Source of the DNA: an uncultured bacterium
Lineage (GTDB): Bacteria; Krumholzibacteriota; Krumholzibacteriia; LZORAL124-64-63
Length of the DNA stretch: 64,000 nucleotides
Direction: 5' to 3'
NCBI GenBank assembly: GCA_963727525.1
Contig: CAVSGO010000007.1
Location: 2,301,902 to 2,365,901 of the forward strand
Part shown: positions 10,185 through 20,410 of the stretch, piece after piece
Position numbering within the stretch: the stretch's first letter is position 1
Layout of the letters: each line of letters begins with the position of its first letter
Translations under genes and position numbers: made by a program
Notes under the pieces: model-generated
Told to the model about the DNA's origin: nothing
The model's input: only the letters and a program-made list of their open reading frames with translations
The model's database searches: none

Positions 10185-10622
10185 TTAGCGCTTGTCGCCG
10201 GCAGCCGCCGGGGCACCGAGGCCGGTGTCGACGGCCAGGCGCGTGCGCGCGGCCGTCAGGATCTGGTCGAGTTCGGTGACGGCCGCCGCATCCTCGCGCT
10301 CGTGGGCCAGCCGTAGCTGGATGCTCAGCAGGTCGATCTCGAGCTGGAGCTTGAGCGCCGCGATCTCGTGTTGCGCCGCGGCGGCGGCCTCGCTGCTGGT
10401 GGCGGCGCCATAGCGCGCCGTCAGCTCGGTCAGGCGGATCCGGAAGGTGTCGCGCAGGTCGGCGACCTCGCGTTCCAGCGGGGTGGCCGCCGGGCTCACG
10501 GTCACGACGGCCGAGTCGGCCGGCGCCGTTGCGATCTGGTCGACCGCGGCGTTGGCGGTGCCATGGAGACAAGCGGTGGCGACGAGAGCCGCCAACGGGA
10601 TCCAGCGTGTCCAGTTCTGCAT
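10185..10622 (-). CDS. Small secreted alpha-helical protein, likely co-transcribed with the protease
   Basis: ATG after GGAGG; signal peptide MQNWTRWIPLAALVATACLHGTANA; stop 13 bp before the protease start. Confidence 0.75.
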   Translation of the reverse strand: MQNWTRWIPLAALVATACLHGTANAAVDQIATAPADSAVVTVSPAATPLEREVADLRDTFRIRLTELTARYGAATSSEAAAAAQHEIAALKLQLEIDLLSIQLRLAHEREDAAAVTELDQILTAARTRLAVDTGLGAPAAAGDKR

Positions 10623-10967
10623 GAATATCCTCCAGTCTAATAATGACTTGTGGTGCAAGACGGCGGCGCGTGGCGCGCCTGGCTTTCCAGGTGTCATAGG
10701 GATTAACGCAGGATCGCGTCGCAGAGTATCACGACGATCGAGAATTTCGACGGAATCGGGCTCGTTTCAGCCTTCAGATCCCCGTGCCCGCCATATATTC
10801 GTCCGCTGTGGAATCCAAGGACTTCCGAGATCGGGCCGATGCGCTCATCTGCTCGTCGTCCGGAGCTATAAGTCGCCACTACTGGCTCCCTATATCTCGT
10901 CTACAACATTGAATTGAGATTTCTTGTCAGAAATAAGGAAATTTCTAACTGCTTGTTCTACGGCACG

Positions 10968-10988
10968 GACGAATCAATGGGAGGGACA
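10968..10988. mobile_element. Possible solo terminal inverted repeat of the IS481-like family
   Basis: Reverse complement tgtccctcccattgattcgtc resembles the element end tgtccctcctcaaaaccccgtc. Confidence 0.4.
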
Positions 10989-11018
10989 GGTACCCCGGAG
11001 GCACGCCTCCGGGGTACC
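10989..11018 (-). terminator. Perfect 14-bp inverted repeat, probable terminator of 11039..11688
   Basis: ggtaccccggaggc-ac-gcctccggggtacc. Confidence 0.65.
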
Positions 11019-11038
11019 GCAGGTACGGATGCAAGGGT

Positions 11039-11688
11039 CTACTTCAGTAACAGGATCTTCGTCGATTCGGTCTCGCCGCCGGCACGGATTCGGGCCACAT
11101 ACGTGCCGGACGGCAGGGTCCTCGGCGCGAATGTGACGTCGTGGGGGCCGGCTGCGAGCCGCGCGCGCAGCACATCGGCGACCCAGCGTCCCGCGAGGTC
11201 GAACACGTCGACGACAACATCCGCTTCCGCATTCAGGCTGAATTCAAGCACTGCCTTCGGGTTGAACGGATTGGGCTTCACGCCGTGCAGAGTGATCAAT
11301 CTCGCGGTCGGAATCGCGCCTTCGTCCGGTGTAGCAACGATGTTCGTGGCTTCGATCGGTACGCTCTCGTTGCCTAGGGCATCGACGATGGACACCCGGT
11401 AATAGGTCGCCGGCCAACCCGGACGCCGTGTGTCCGTGTAGGTAATGGCGGTTCCAGGCAGAACCGCGAGGCGTGTACCAAGGCTCGGCAGGAAGTGTTC
11501 GACCGGACCACCGTAGATGACGACTTGCGCGATATCGTCGAGGACATGGGGGAATGCAAGCTGAGCGGGACCAGCGTTGATCACGACACTGAGTGCGAAT
11601 GGCGGTATCGGGGGCGCGCCGCCCGGCATTCCGACGATCTCGAAATCATCGATGTACCACCCGGCTCCCTGTACCGATGGATAACTAG
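11039..11688 (-). pseudogene. 3' remnant of a secreted FlgD-tailed protein, truncated at the IS1380 end
   Basis: GAGWYIDDFEI...YYRVSIVDALGNES...KPNPFNP...LPSGTY...ILLLK; upstream the frame enters the IS inverted repeat. Confidence 0.8.
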
Positions 11689-13534
11689 ACCTAAAACAAG
11701 CGCGTTTCACGACGCGAGATTGGCGGCATTTCGCGACTGGCCAAAGTCACACTCACCCTATGCCGGCTTGCAACTTCGCCGACTACCGTTGCTTTGATCA
11801 CTTGCCTCGACACTGCCTTCCCGTTTCTTGATCGCCTGCGGCCTCGGCTCCACCCCCCGCTAATAAAGCGATGGCTTCGTCAACAGCGACAAGGAATTCG
11901 CAAGGCATCAACACCGCGGAGAAACACCTGCTGCCACGGGTTCCACGACAACAGTCGGTAGACGATTCGCCGCCCACCGCGAATAATCTGGCACGGTAAC
12001 ATCATGAAGCTGTTCAAGAACGTTCTGAACTCCATCCGCAGTACAGCCTGTTTCTCAGCAGCGTGCTTTGCCGCCCAACGTCCTTGCTCTGGCAAGCGCA
12101 ACGCAAACCATGCCTTCAGCGTCCAAGCCAAAGACGCCATCACCATGTAGGCCCAGTTGGCGACCAGGCTATTGACCGGCAACCGAAACGCCCGCACGCC
12201 GTTCTTAAGCTGTTCGATCAGATTCTCCTGGTTGCAGCGGTCATTCGCCAGAAACACGATTTCCGACGCTGGCGTGAGCTCGTCGTTGGTGATGTAGAAA
12301 AAGTACCGGATCTGCTCGAAGAGGGCGTGTTCACCTTTTTCTACCGATAGATTCTTGCGGACCACGACAATTCGGTATGCCTGCGCACATGCGGTGGGAC
12401 GATACGGGAACTCCGCCACATCCTCGCATTGCAGTTTGATGTTCTCGAATTCGCGCGCTCGCACGACATCTTCCTTCACGTTGCGTGGTCGCCGTCGTGG
12501 CGCTGTCTTGACCACGTGCTTCACTGGTCGCTGCAGGCGAGACCAGGCCTCTTCCGGCAGGTCATCTGCCCATTCGACGAGGTGGCGCCCAGCGTCGATG
12601 CCGAAGACGAAACGCACGCCTTGCGAGTGCCAGCGATCGAGATGTGAGGTCTGGCTGAAGTCCGTGTCGCCACGCATCAGGATTCGGCGGAATCCAGCTT
12701 CACGACACAATCCGATGGATTGATCGAGTCGCGCCGCCGCTCCTTCATGAGAAGGGCGGTTGCCACTGCGGTTTACCAGAAACAGTGGCTCACCGGTGTT
12801 GGCTAAGGAGACAACCAACGGATGGTAGCCCCAGTCGCCTTTGTAGGAAATATCCATGCCCTGTTTGCACTCGCCGGTGGTTGGAGCCAATGTGCCGTCC
12901 GCCTCCAGGATCGCCTCTTCAAAAAACGCCGACGGCTGTTGTCTCCAGATCCTCTGCCGTGTCCGATTGATCACGTCCATTAGCGTCTCGACGTCGCTGG
13001 GCCGGAACCTCCGACAAAAGTCGCCGGCTGTCGTCGGATCTGGAATGCTGAGCGCTCCCAGTGCGTCCAGATAGACCTCATCGTTGCGGCGGATTTCGAT
13101 GTCTTCGAGACGTTGGCCGCCGCACAGGATGTTGTAGGCGATGTTGAGAACGTGGTCAGATTCGTGATATGGCAGGTGGGATCGTAGAAGGTGAAGTTGC
13201 CCATCGATTCCGCCAATCAGTCCGCTGTGTTGTGCCAGGCTATGGATGGCGCCGATCCCGCCGTACGCGATGCCGCGAATTCGGTCGCTGTGTTCGTAGT
13301 GAATGTTGGTCGCCTTGAACATCGGTTCCGGCTGGTCGCACCAGTTGCGCCGTCTAAGCCGGCGGCCAATTCTGCGCTTGCAATCGGCCTCACGATTGTG
13401 TTTAATCTTGCTCACTCGAAATGCCCTCCCGGCGACTGGGTTGTAGTTTGTCCTACCTCCCTTATAGCAGCTTGTGGCGGGCATTTCGAGCATCTTCGCT
13501 ACTCTTCAAGTAATATATCGCGCTTGTTTGAGGG
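11689..13534 (-). mobile_element. IS1380-family insertion sequence, apparently complete
   Basis: 16-bp imperfect IRs acctaaaacaagcgcg / cgcgcttgtttgaggg, CTAG on both flanks, lower GC than neighbours. Confidence 0.85.
11880..13415 (-). CDS. IS1380-family DDE transposase
   Basis: Motifs PYHESDHVLNIAYNILCGG, IPDPTTAGDFCRRF, EADGT, GYHPL, RGDTDF, RCNQENLIEQLK; GTG start after GGGAGG. Confidence 0.9.
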   Translation of the reverse strand: MSKIKHNREADCKRRIGRRLRRRNWCDQPEPMFKATNIHYEHSDRIRGIAYGGIGAIHSLAQHSGLIGGIDGQLHLLRSHLPYHESDHVLNIAYNILCGGQRLEDIEIRRNDEVYLDALGALSIPDPTTAGDFCRRFRPSDVETLMDVINRTRQRIWRQQPSAFFEEAILEADGTLAPTTGECKQGMDISYKGDWGYHPLVVSLANTGEPLFLVNRSGNRPSHEGAAARLDQSIGLCREAGFRRILMRGDTDFSQTSHLDRWHSQGVRFVFGIDAGRHLVEWADDLPEEAWSRLQRPVKHVVKTAPRRRPRNVKEDVVRAREFENIKLQCEDVAEFPYRPTACAQAYRIVVVRKNLSVEKGEHALFEQIRYFFYITNDELTPASEIVFLANDRCNQENLIEQLKNGVRAFRLPVNSLVANWAYMVMASLAWTLKAWFALRLPEQGRWAAKHAAEKQAVLRMEFRTFLNSFMMLPCQIIRGGRRIVYRLLSWNPWQQVFLRGVDALRIPCRC

Positions 13535-13690
13535 CTAGTACTCGATGAGACGCAGATCCGCGACCTCAAGTTGTTCAGGTTGGCAGAGAATCTGAGCGCC
13601 ATCGTCGTCAGCGAGGACGTCAAGGAAGAGATCGAACGAAGGGGAATCGCGGGTATCTTCTTTTACAAGAGTGGCGAGTGGTCGGGTTGA
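13535..13690 (+). pseudogene. C-terminal remnant of an Imm11/DUF1629-like immunity protein
   Basis: LVLDETQIRDLKLFRLAENLSAIVVSEDVKEEIERRGIAGIFFYKSGEWSG* begins exactly at the IS flank. Confidence 0.6.
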
Positions 13691-13809
13691 TCCACGAGCT
13701 CCCTACCACGTGGAAACCTGCGTGGCGGCTGTCAATTTCATGATATCATGCTGCAGCGACGTTTCGTCAATCGCACCTTGCGATCGGCCCGGCGGCCGAC
13801 AGGGTGAGG

Positions 13810-13975
13810 CCGTGGTAAAGCGCTCATCACCATCGCCATGATACGCCGCACCCGCCGCCAGCAGCCGCCCATCCGGCAGGAGCGCGAGGTCGAGCGTTTC
13901 GCTAGTGCCGGAAAACCCGTCGTCACGACGCCGAAGTCGCCGAACCAGGAATCGTAGAGTCCGTCGACGAGGTGG
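13810..13975 (-). pseudogene. Delta-60 repeat fragment
   Basis: DGLYDSWFGDFGVVTT, then a frameshift, then FSGTSETLDLALLPDGRLLAAGAAY. Confidence 0.6.
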
Positions 13976-14043
13976 GCGACCGTCTCCACCATGCGGCGCG
14001 TGCCGCAGGATGGGCACAGGTCACGGACCTTGCAACTGAAGGG
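13972..14043 (-). mobile_element. IS91-family transposase zinc-binding domain fragment
   Basis: PFSCKVRDLCPSCGTRRMVETVAHLVD matches the FSCKxRxxCPSCxxRRMxxxAAHLVD signature. Confidence 0.8.
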
Positions 14044-14048
14044 GCGAT

Positions 14049-14393
14049 GTGTTCGTGATCGACGACATTACCTTCACGGGCGCGTACGGTCCGTTCGGCG
14101 GCGCGGTGCGGATCTTCGACTGGTCCTACGTCGAGGTGCGACGTTGCGTGCTGCGTGGCAACCGCTCGCAGTCCGTGGGCGGTGGCATCGCTGCGGGCGT
14201 CGCGTTTCCCCAAGTTGCGGGAAACGTGGCGGTCGACCCCCTGCTCTGCGATCCCGACGCCGGCGACTTCCACCTGCATGCCGACTCCCCGTGCCTCGCC
14301 GACTGCGGCGTGATCGGGGCCTGGCCGGTGGGGTGTGGGGTGGTGCGGGTGGAGACGACGGCCTGGGGTGCGATCAAGGCGATGTTCGACTGA
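14049..14393 (+). pseudogene. Fragment of a parallel beta-helix secreted protein with C-terminal TWGxIK motif
   Basis: GGAVRI...GNRSQSVGGGI, DPLLCDPDAGDFHLHADSPCL, VETTAWGAIKAMFD*; no signal peptide. Confidence 0.7.
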
Positions 14394-14568
14394 AGACGGT
14401 AGAGCCATTTCCCCGGCGAAGCGCCGGGGGTGTTCTGTCGTTTCCCGCGAAACGCTATAAGCATATAAAATACAACAGATTGCGCCATTGGTGCCGGCGC
14501 CACTGGAGCCGACCATCGCCCCGCAGCTGCGCGGCGACCCGGTCGAAACGCAAGGGCCGCGGACCGTG
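14192..14568 (+). repeat. 377-bp dispersed direct repeat, copy A (copy B at 27386..27762)
   Basis: Collinear, highly similar from tgcgggcgtcgcgtt to gggccgcggaccgtg. Confidence 0.95.
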
Positions 14569-14636
14569 ATCAACATTGCGGATTTTTAATCTCCGCTATT
14601 CAATGGGATCATCTCAGAGTAAGAAAGGACGCTGCC

Positions 14637-15170
14637 TTGGACGATCCCGACCGTACGCTTCCGCCAGATCCCGATCGCACCCGCGCCACCGACGAAGCAG
14701 CCGTACCTGGCGGCCCGCGCTTGCCGGCGAAAGTGGGGCGCTACCGTCCCCTGCGCATCCTGGTGCAGGGCGGCATGGGTGTGGTCTACGAGGCGGAGCA
14801 GGAGGAGCCGCGTCGCCGCGTGGCGCTCAAGGTGATCCGCCCCGAGCTGGCGACGGAAGACTTGCGCCGCCGTTTCGCGCACGAGTCGGTCTTCCTGGGC
14901 CGGCTGCAGCATCCCGGCATCGCCCAGGTCTACGAGGCCGGCACCGCGGACACGCCCGATGGCCCGGTGCCGTTCATCGCCATGGAGCTGATCGAGGGCT
15001 TGCCCCTGAACACCTGGGCGCGGACCACCGACCCCGATCGAAGCACCCGCATCGAGCTGATGATCCGGCTCTGCGACGCCGTGTAGCACGCCCATCAGCG
15101 CGGCCTCATCCATCGCGACCTCAAGCCCGGCAACGTGCTCGTTGATGGCAGTGGTCGCCCGCGCGTGAAG
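14637..15170 (+). pseudogene. Ser/Thr protein kinase pseudogene
   Basis: QGGMGVVY, VALKVIR, LQHPGIAQVY; TAG at 15084, then [19 protein letters not shown]; breaks off before DFG. Confidence 0.9.
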
Positions 15171-15274
15171 GCGGGCGCCGACAAGCGCGTCGCGCGGGTC
15201 CGCGATGAACTGAAGACGGCGATCGCCGCGCGGTGATCCGCGGCGGTGCGCAAGAAGCAAGAGAAAGGCAAGAC

Positions 15275-15679
15275 ATGAACCTCCAGAACGCGCGCACCCT
15301 GATCACCGGCGCGATGCTCATGGCCCGTGAAGTGGTCCCGCATTTCATCAAGCAGAATCATGGCCACCTGCTGAACATCTCGTCGACCAGCGGCCTGAGC
15401 GGCGGCAAGCTCAGCACAGCCTACAGCGGTTCGAAGTTCGCCCTGCGTGGCATGACCGAGTGCTGGCGTGCCGAGCTGCGTCCTCACAACATCCGCGTGA
15501 CGCTCGTCAATCCCAGCGAGGTGCAGACACCGTTCTTCACCAAGATGGGCCGCGAGCAGGTCCTGTCGGACAAGAAACTGCGCCCGAGCGAGATCGCCGA
15601 TGCCATCGTGGGCGCCGTGGAGATCGACGACCGCGGCTTCATCCCCGAGTTCTCGGTCTTCGCCACGAATCCGTTCTAG
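15275..15679 (+). pseudogene. SDR oxidoreductase with in-frame internal deletion
   Basis: MNLQNARTLITG jumps to AMLMAREVV...NISS...YSGSK; glycine-rich loop and NNAG segment missing. Confidence 0.85.
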
Positions 15680-15707
15680 AGATCGTCCCGAAGTTTGGCG
15701 TGCGACC

Positions 15708-15827
15708 GGGTATAGGCAAACAGACCACGTTTCCGAAACCCCTCTCCCCCATGGCGCCAGTTCTCTGGCTCGATTCGACCACACCTTCGCCGCGCCTTCG
15801 CATGAGATTCGCCTGTGAACCTCTCGA
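15708..15827 (-). mobile_element. IS91/ISCR-like oriIS end (dispersed ~120-bp repeat)
   Basis: Minus strand ends gtggtctgtttgcctataccc, resembling the ISCR oriIS terminus TTCCTATACCC; homologous to 2431 and 33188. Confidence 0.65.
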
Positions 15828-15876
15828 TGCTTCCGCCAATCCTCCGGGACCTTCTTTCGCGTCTCGCCCCGAGATT

Positions 15877-17067
15877 TCAGAGCGGCAAGCCGCGCCAGGC
15901 GACGGGCAACTCGATGTCGCGCGCGCCGACGAAGCTGGCCAGCTCGCGCAGGCTCCCGGCGAGACCTCTCTCGAGGCGGTCGTCACGAAGGGCCCTGTGC
16001 TCGAGGTGAATGGCGCCGATAGTCAAACGGCCGCGCGCGCGATCGAGGCGGGGATCGAGACGGCCGACGAGCCGTCCCTCGTGCAGGATGGGCAGCACAT
16101 AGTAGCCAAAGTTGCGCCTGGCCGGCGGCGTGTAGATCTCGATGCGGTAGCGAAAGTCCAGCAGTTCCTCGGCGCGCCGGCGCTGCCAGAGCAGCGAGTC
16201 GAAGGGGCAGATCAGCGTGGTCCCACGGGGCGCGGGCAGGCCGAAGCCGGCGTCGAGATGCTCGGGCAACGCGTAGGCCGTGCCGGCCAGGCCGGGCACT
16301 TCGACCGCGACGATGCGCTTCGTTTTGACCAGGCGCGCGAGCACGGCCGTGCGCTCGGCGGCCTTGAGCCGCGGCGCGGATAGGTAGTGGTCGAGATGCC
16401 GCGCCGTGGCGACGCCGTTGCCGGCCAGACCGATCAGGGCCCAGCTGTCCTCGTGGGCGCGCCGGCTCGCCGTCGGGCCGGGCGGATAGACGCGCTCGGC
16501 GAGATCGTAGACGCGCCGGAAGTGCCGCCGCTCACGCACGGCCAGCTTGCCCTCGCGCCAGAGCAGCTCCAGGGCCATCTTCGCGTCCTTCCAGCCCCAC
16601 CAGCCACCGCTGCGCTTCTCACCATCGCCCTCGAAGTCGGCACTCTCCAGCGGGCCCTCGTCGCGGATCCGGCGCAGGACGCGCCGCTTCACGGTCGCGG
16701 GCTGGTGCATGCGCGCCCACCACTTGCCCGCGGGATCCCAGTCGCGCATGAAGCGTCGGCTGAGCGGCAGGCTCGCCGTCGGCAGGATGCTCGCCTCGTG
16801 CCCCCAGAACTCGTAGGCACAACCATCGCGGTAGACCCAGCGGTCCAGCGTGGCCGGCGCGAAGTGCCCATAGCGGCTCCAGAGCGTGAGCAGATGCGCG
16901 CGCGCCACCGCGTTGACGCTGTCGAGCTGCAACGCCCCACAGCGAGCCAGATGGTCGACGAACTGCACGCGCGTGAGACGACGGCCCCGGGGCCTGAGCA
17001 GCCCCTGGCGGGCCAGCCAGAGCCGGACCACGTGCTCGCGCTCGATGCAGGGAAGGGCTTTCGACAT
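15877..17067 (-). CDS. ycaQ: YcaQ/AlkZ-family (HTH_42) crosslink-repair DNA glycosylase
   Basis: LQLDSVNAVARAH, EFWGHEAS, CPFDSLLWQR, YRIEIYTP...GYYVLPIL...VGRLD. Confidence 0.85.
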   Translation of the reverse strand: MSKALPCIEREHVVRLWLARQGLLRPRGRRLTRVQFVDHLARCGALQLDSVNAVARAHLLTLWSRYGHFAPATLDRWVYRDGCAYEFWGHEASILPTASLPLSRRFMRDWDPAGKWWARMHQPATVKRRVLRRIRDEGPLESADFEGDGEKRSGGWWGWKDAKMALELLWREGKLAVRERRHFRRVYDLAERVYPPGPTASRRAHEDSWALIGLAGNGVATARHLDHYLSAPRLKAAERTAVLARLVKTKRIVAVEVPGLAGTAYALPEHLDAGFGLPAPRGTTLICPFDSLLWQRRRAEELLDFRYRIEIYTPPARRNFGYYVLPILHEGRLVGRLDPRLDRARGRLTIGAIHLEHRALRDDRLERGLAGSLRELASFVGARDIELPVAWRGLPL

Positions 17068-17328
17068 GGGCGGAGGCTAGCAGGTCATGGCGGATGCGAA
17101 AAGCACTGGGCGCCCGTGCAGATCCATCGCGTGCCCGATCGACGGCTGCGCGGGGCATGCCCCCGCGCGCCTGCCCGGCCCCAGCCAACAGGTGCAAATC
17201 AGCACCGGCCACCTCGTCCCAGGCACCGACGTGTTCGTTTGGCAACCGTGGTGCGTATCCCATATGGCATGGCATGAACCCAGGGGCTGCACACCCCCGA
17301 TCTCGTCGGTGAAACGGAGTCGAAAATC

Positions 17329-20154
17329 ATGAATAGAGAACGTCAATCTGGATTCAATCGAGGCTTCCCCATCGTGCTGGTCTACGTCGCGCTACTGGGA
17401 ATCCGGTGCTATCCGGCCCACGCAAACCCGGGCGATCTCGACCCGTCCTTCGGCGGATTCAGCCACGACGGTATCGCCACCCAGTATGGCTATCCGATGG
17501 ACAGTTACGATCGACGCGGCATGGCCGTCCAGCCGGACGGAAAGGTCGTCACGGCCGGATACACGGGGCAGGGAATCCTCGTGATGCGCTTTCTGCCGAA
17601 CGGATTCCCCGATCCCACCTTTGGCGACTCCGGCGTCGCGATGCTCCAACACGCCACGATCCAGACGCGAGCGACCTGCGTCGCCTTGCAGAGCGATGGG
17701 AAGATCGTCGTGGCCGGCTGGGCCGACACGAACCCGGCCAACTACATGCTGGCCCGCCTCCTGCCGAATGGCCAGCTCGACGCGTCATTCGGTTCGGGCT
17801 TTGTGTTCACCGACTTCTCCAACGACACCGACCAGGCTTACGGCGTCGTCATCCAGGCCGACGGCAAGATCATCGCCGCCGGACGCTCCCTCGTCGGCGG
17901 CGACTACGACTTCTCGGCCGCGCGCTACAACCCCGACGGCTCGCTCGACACCAGTTTCAATTTGGATGGCCGCATCACGTTCGGCTACGGTGCCGGCGGG
18001 GACGATGCCAACGAAGCCTGCTATGCCATCGCCCTCGATGGCAGTGGACGGCTCGTCATGGCGGGTGGCAGTACCGACGGCTCCATCTCCAACCAGTTCA
18101 AGGTCGCCCGCCTGACCACGGCTGGCGTTCTCGATCCGACCTTCAACGGGACCGGCAAGTTGCACTTCGGCATGGGCGAGTACCATTCGGCCGCGAATGC
18201 CGTGGCGATCACCTGGGATGGGAAGATCGTCGTCGCTGGGTCCTACTACTTCCACTCGCCGTTCCCCGGCCAGAATCAGGGATACGTCGCGCGGATCTTG
18301 CCATATGGTGCGTTGGACAGTTCGCTGGACGGAGACGGCAAGGCGACGGTGCTCGACGCCCTGTACATCTGGGGCGTCATCGCGCAACCCGACGGCAAGA
18401 TCGTGGTACTGGGAAACATCGCCGACTCGGCGAGCGAGTCCACGATCTACCTCGTAGGCCTCAACTACGACGGTTCTCACGACGTGACCTTTGGTTCCTC
18501 CAATGGCGAAGTCGCCTTTGCCCTCGGCGGCTACTGCGCGGGCGATGCCCTTGCGCGTCAACCTGACGGACGCTTGCTCATCTACGGCGCCCAGGGCCAG
18601 AACCACGTGCTGATACGAATCTGGCCCGACGCCAGACTCGACACCGACGGGACGCAGGCCGTCGGGTTCGACATGCCTGGTTTTGGCGTCGGGACCTACG
18701 CGATCGGGAACGGACAGGCAGTACAAACCGACGGCAAGATCATCGTCGCGGGCACCGTCTACGGCTTCCTGGAACCGGCGGCCGATTTCGGCCTCGCGCG
18801 CGCTGACCCGAGCGGGTCGCCCGACGACTCCTTCGGCACTCACGGCCGGGCCACGTTCCCGTTCGACCAGGACGACTTCGGCGCCTGCGTCGCGCTGCAG
18901 GACGACGGCAAGATCGTCATGGCCGGCGACACCCAGACCGGGTCGGATCGCGATTTCATGGTCGTGCGCTTCAACGCCGACGGCAGCATCGACGGGTCGT
19001 TCGGATTCCTCGGCGTCGCCATGCTCGATTTCCTGGGCGGCGACGACTACGGGCGCGCCGTGGCCATCGCGCCGGACGGGAAGATCGTCGTCGCCGGTAC
19101 GGTCTTCAATGGTGTCCGCAACGTCTTCGGGGTCGCACGGTTCAACAGCAATGGCACGCCCGATACCACGTTCGATCTCGACGGCAAGCAGCTGGTCGAA
19201 TTCTCGATCGGGCCGACGCACTGGGCATCGAGCGTTGCCGTGCTACCGGATGGGAGAATCCTCGAAGGCGGATCTGTCGGCGGTGATTTCGCGCTGCTGC
19301 GTCTGAACGTCAACGGCAGCCTCGACACCACCTTCGGCAGCGCCTTCGGTGGATCCGGCCACCGCACCTACGATTTCGGCGGCGACGACTACCTGAACGC
19401 GCTCACGCTGGGTCCGGGCAATTCGATCTACGCGGCCGGGAGCCGGACGATCGGCGGTCATTCGGTCTTCGCGCTGCTGCAGCTTCCGCAACATGGTGGG
19501 CCGCCGGTCTGCTTCCCCAACCCCTGCCCCTGGCCGGACGGACAGGCGATCGTCGACTGGGGTGCGAGCCTAGATGCCGCGGCTTATGCGATCGACCTGC
19601 GCGACGATGGCCAGGTGCTCGCCGGCGGCATCGCCGGAGCCAACCTCGCGTGGGCCCAGGTCAGCGCGTCGTCGACGCCCGTGCCGATCTACGCGACGGC
19701 GTCCTTCCCGGGCACCAGCGACACGGCCACCGGCATCAGCTTCACGAACGACGGCAAGGTCATCGCGACGGGCTACTACAACTGGAATGGTGCCAAGGCC
19801 ATGGCTCTGGCTCGCTTCTACACGACAGGCGGTGAGGTTGGAGTCGAGGACGGTGACGTGGCCGTGAATCCCGGCAGCTTGCGGCGCATATCGACCTATC
19901 CGAACCCCACCACCGGACGCGCGACGATCGCCTTCGATTTGCCGGGCGGCGCGCGCACGACCGTCTCGATCTACGATCTCGCCGGACACCGCGTGCGCAT
20001 GCTCTTCGATGAACCGCTCCCCGCTGGTCGGCACGAGATGGTGTGGGACACGAATGACCGACGCGGGCGACCCGTCGCGGCCGGGATCTACCTGGTCCGT
20101 GTCGATTCCGGTGCACGGCACGTGGAGCAGAAAGTCATGGTGCTCAGCCGCTGA
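17329..20154 (+). CDS. Secreted delta-60 repeat beta-propeller protein with FlgD-Ig tail
   Basis: Many QPDGKIVVAG...ARYNPDGSLDTSF repeats; YPNP...YDLAGHRVR...VAAGIY. Confidence 0.9.
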   Translation: MNRERQSGFNRGFPIVLVYVALLGIRCYPAHANPGDLDPSFGGFSHDGIATQYGYPMDSYDRRGMAVQPDGKVVTAGYTGQGILVMRFLPNGFPDPTFGDSGVAMLQHATIQTRATCVALQSDGKIVVAGWADTNPANYMLARLLPNGQLDASFGSGFVFTDFSNDTDQAYGVVIQADGKIIAAGRSLVGGDYDFSAARYNPDGSLDTSFNLDGRITFGYGAGGDDANEACYAIALDGSGRLVMAGGSTDGSISNQFKVARLTTAGVLDPTFNGTGKLHFGMGEYHSAANAVAITWDGKIVVAGSYYFHSPFPGQNQGYVARILPYGALDSSLDGDGKATVLDALYIWGVIAQPDGKIVVLGNIADSASESTIYLVGLNYDGSHDVTFGSSNGEVAFALGGYCAGDALARQPDGRLLIYGAQGQNHVLIRIWPDARLDTDGTQAVGFDMPGFGVGTYAIGNGQAVQTDGKIIVAGTVYGFLEPAADFGLARADPSGSPDDSFGTHGRATFPFDQDDFGACVALQDDGKIVMAGDTQTGSDRDFMVVRFNADGSIDGSFGFLGVAMLDFLGGDDYGRAVAIAPDGKIVVAGTVFNGVRNVFGVARFNSNGTPDTTFDLDGKQLVEFSIGPTHWASSVAVLPDGRILEGGSVGGDFALLRLNVNGSLDTTFGSAFGGSGHRTYDFGGDDYLNALTLGPGNSIYAAGSRTIGGHSVFALLQLPQHGGPPVCFPNPCPWPDGQAIVDWGASLDAAAYAIDLRDDGQVLAGGIAGANLAWAQVSASSTPVPIYATASFPGTSDTATGISFTNDGKVIATGYYNWNGAKAMALARFYTTGGEVGVEDGDVAVNPGSLRRISTYPNPTTGRATIAFDLPGGARTTVSIYDLAGHRVRMLFDEPLPAGRHEMVWDTNDRRGRPVAAGIYLVRVDSGARHVEQKVMVLSR

Positions 20155-20410
20155 AACGAGTCGAGATGAACGTCGAATGGGCACGGGCGGACCAGGGGCC
20201 GGACACCGCGACGGCACCGAGGCCGGGCGCTGGGGCGACGTCAAGGGGCTGTTCCGCTGACCAGCCCCGCGCGGTGCGCCGCGCGCTTCACCGGATCGCG
20301 GCGGGGTCTGTATCGCGCGATCCCGCCGTTTGCTGTAGACTTTGCAAGGCGTCTCAGGTGGCCGAAACATGCCGCCGGACCACTCCGAATCAGGCGCGAG
20401 GAGTTGCCCG

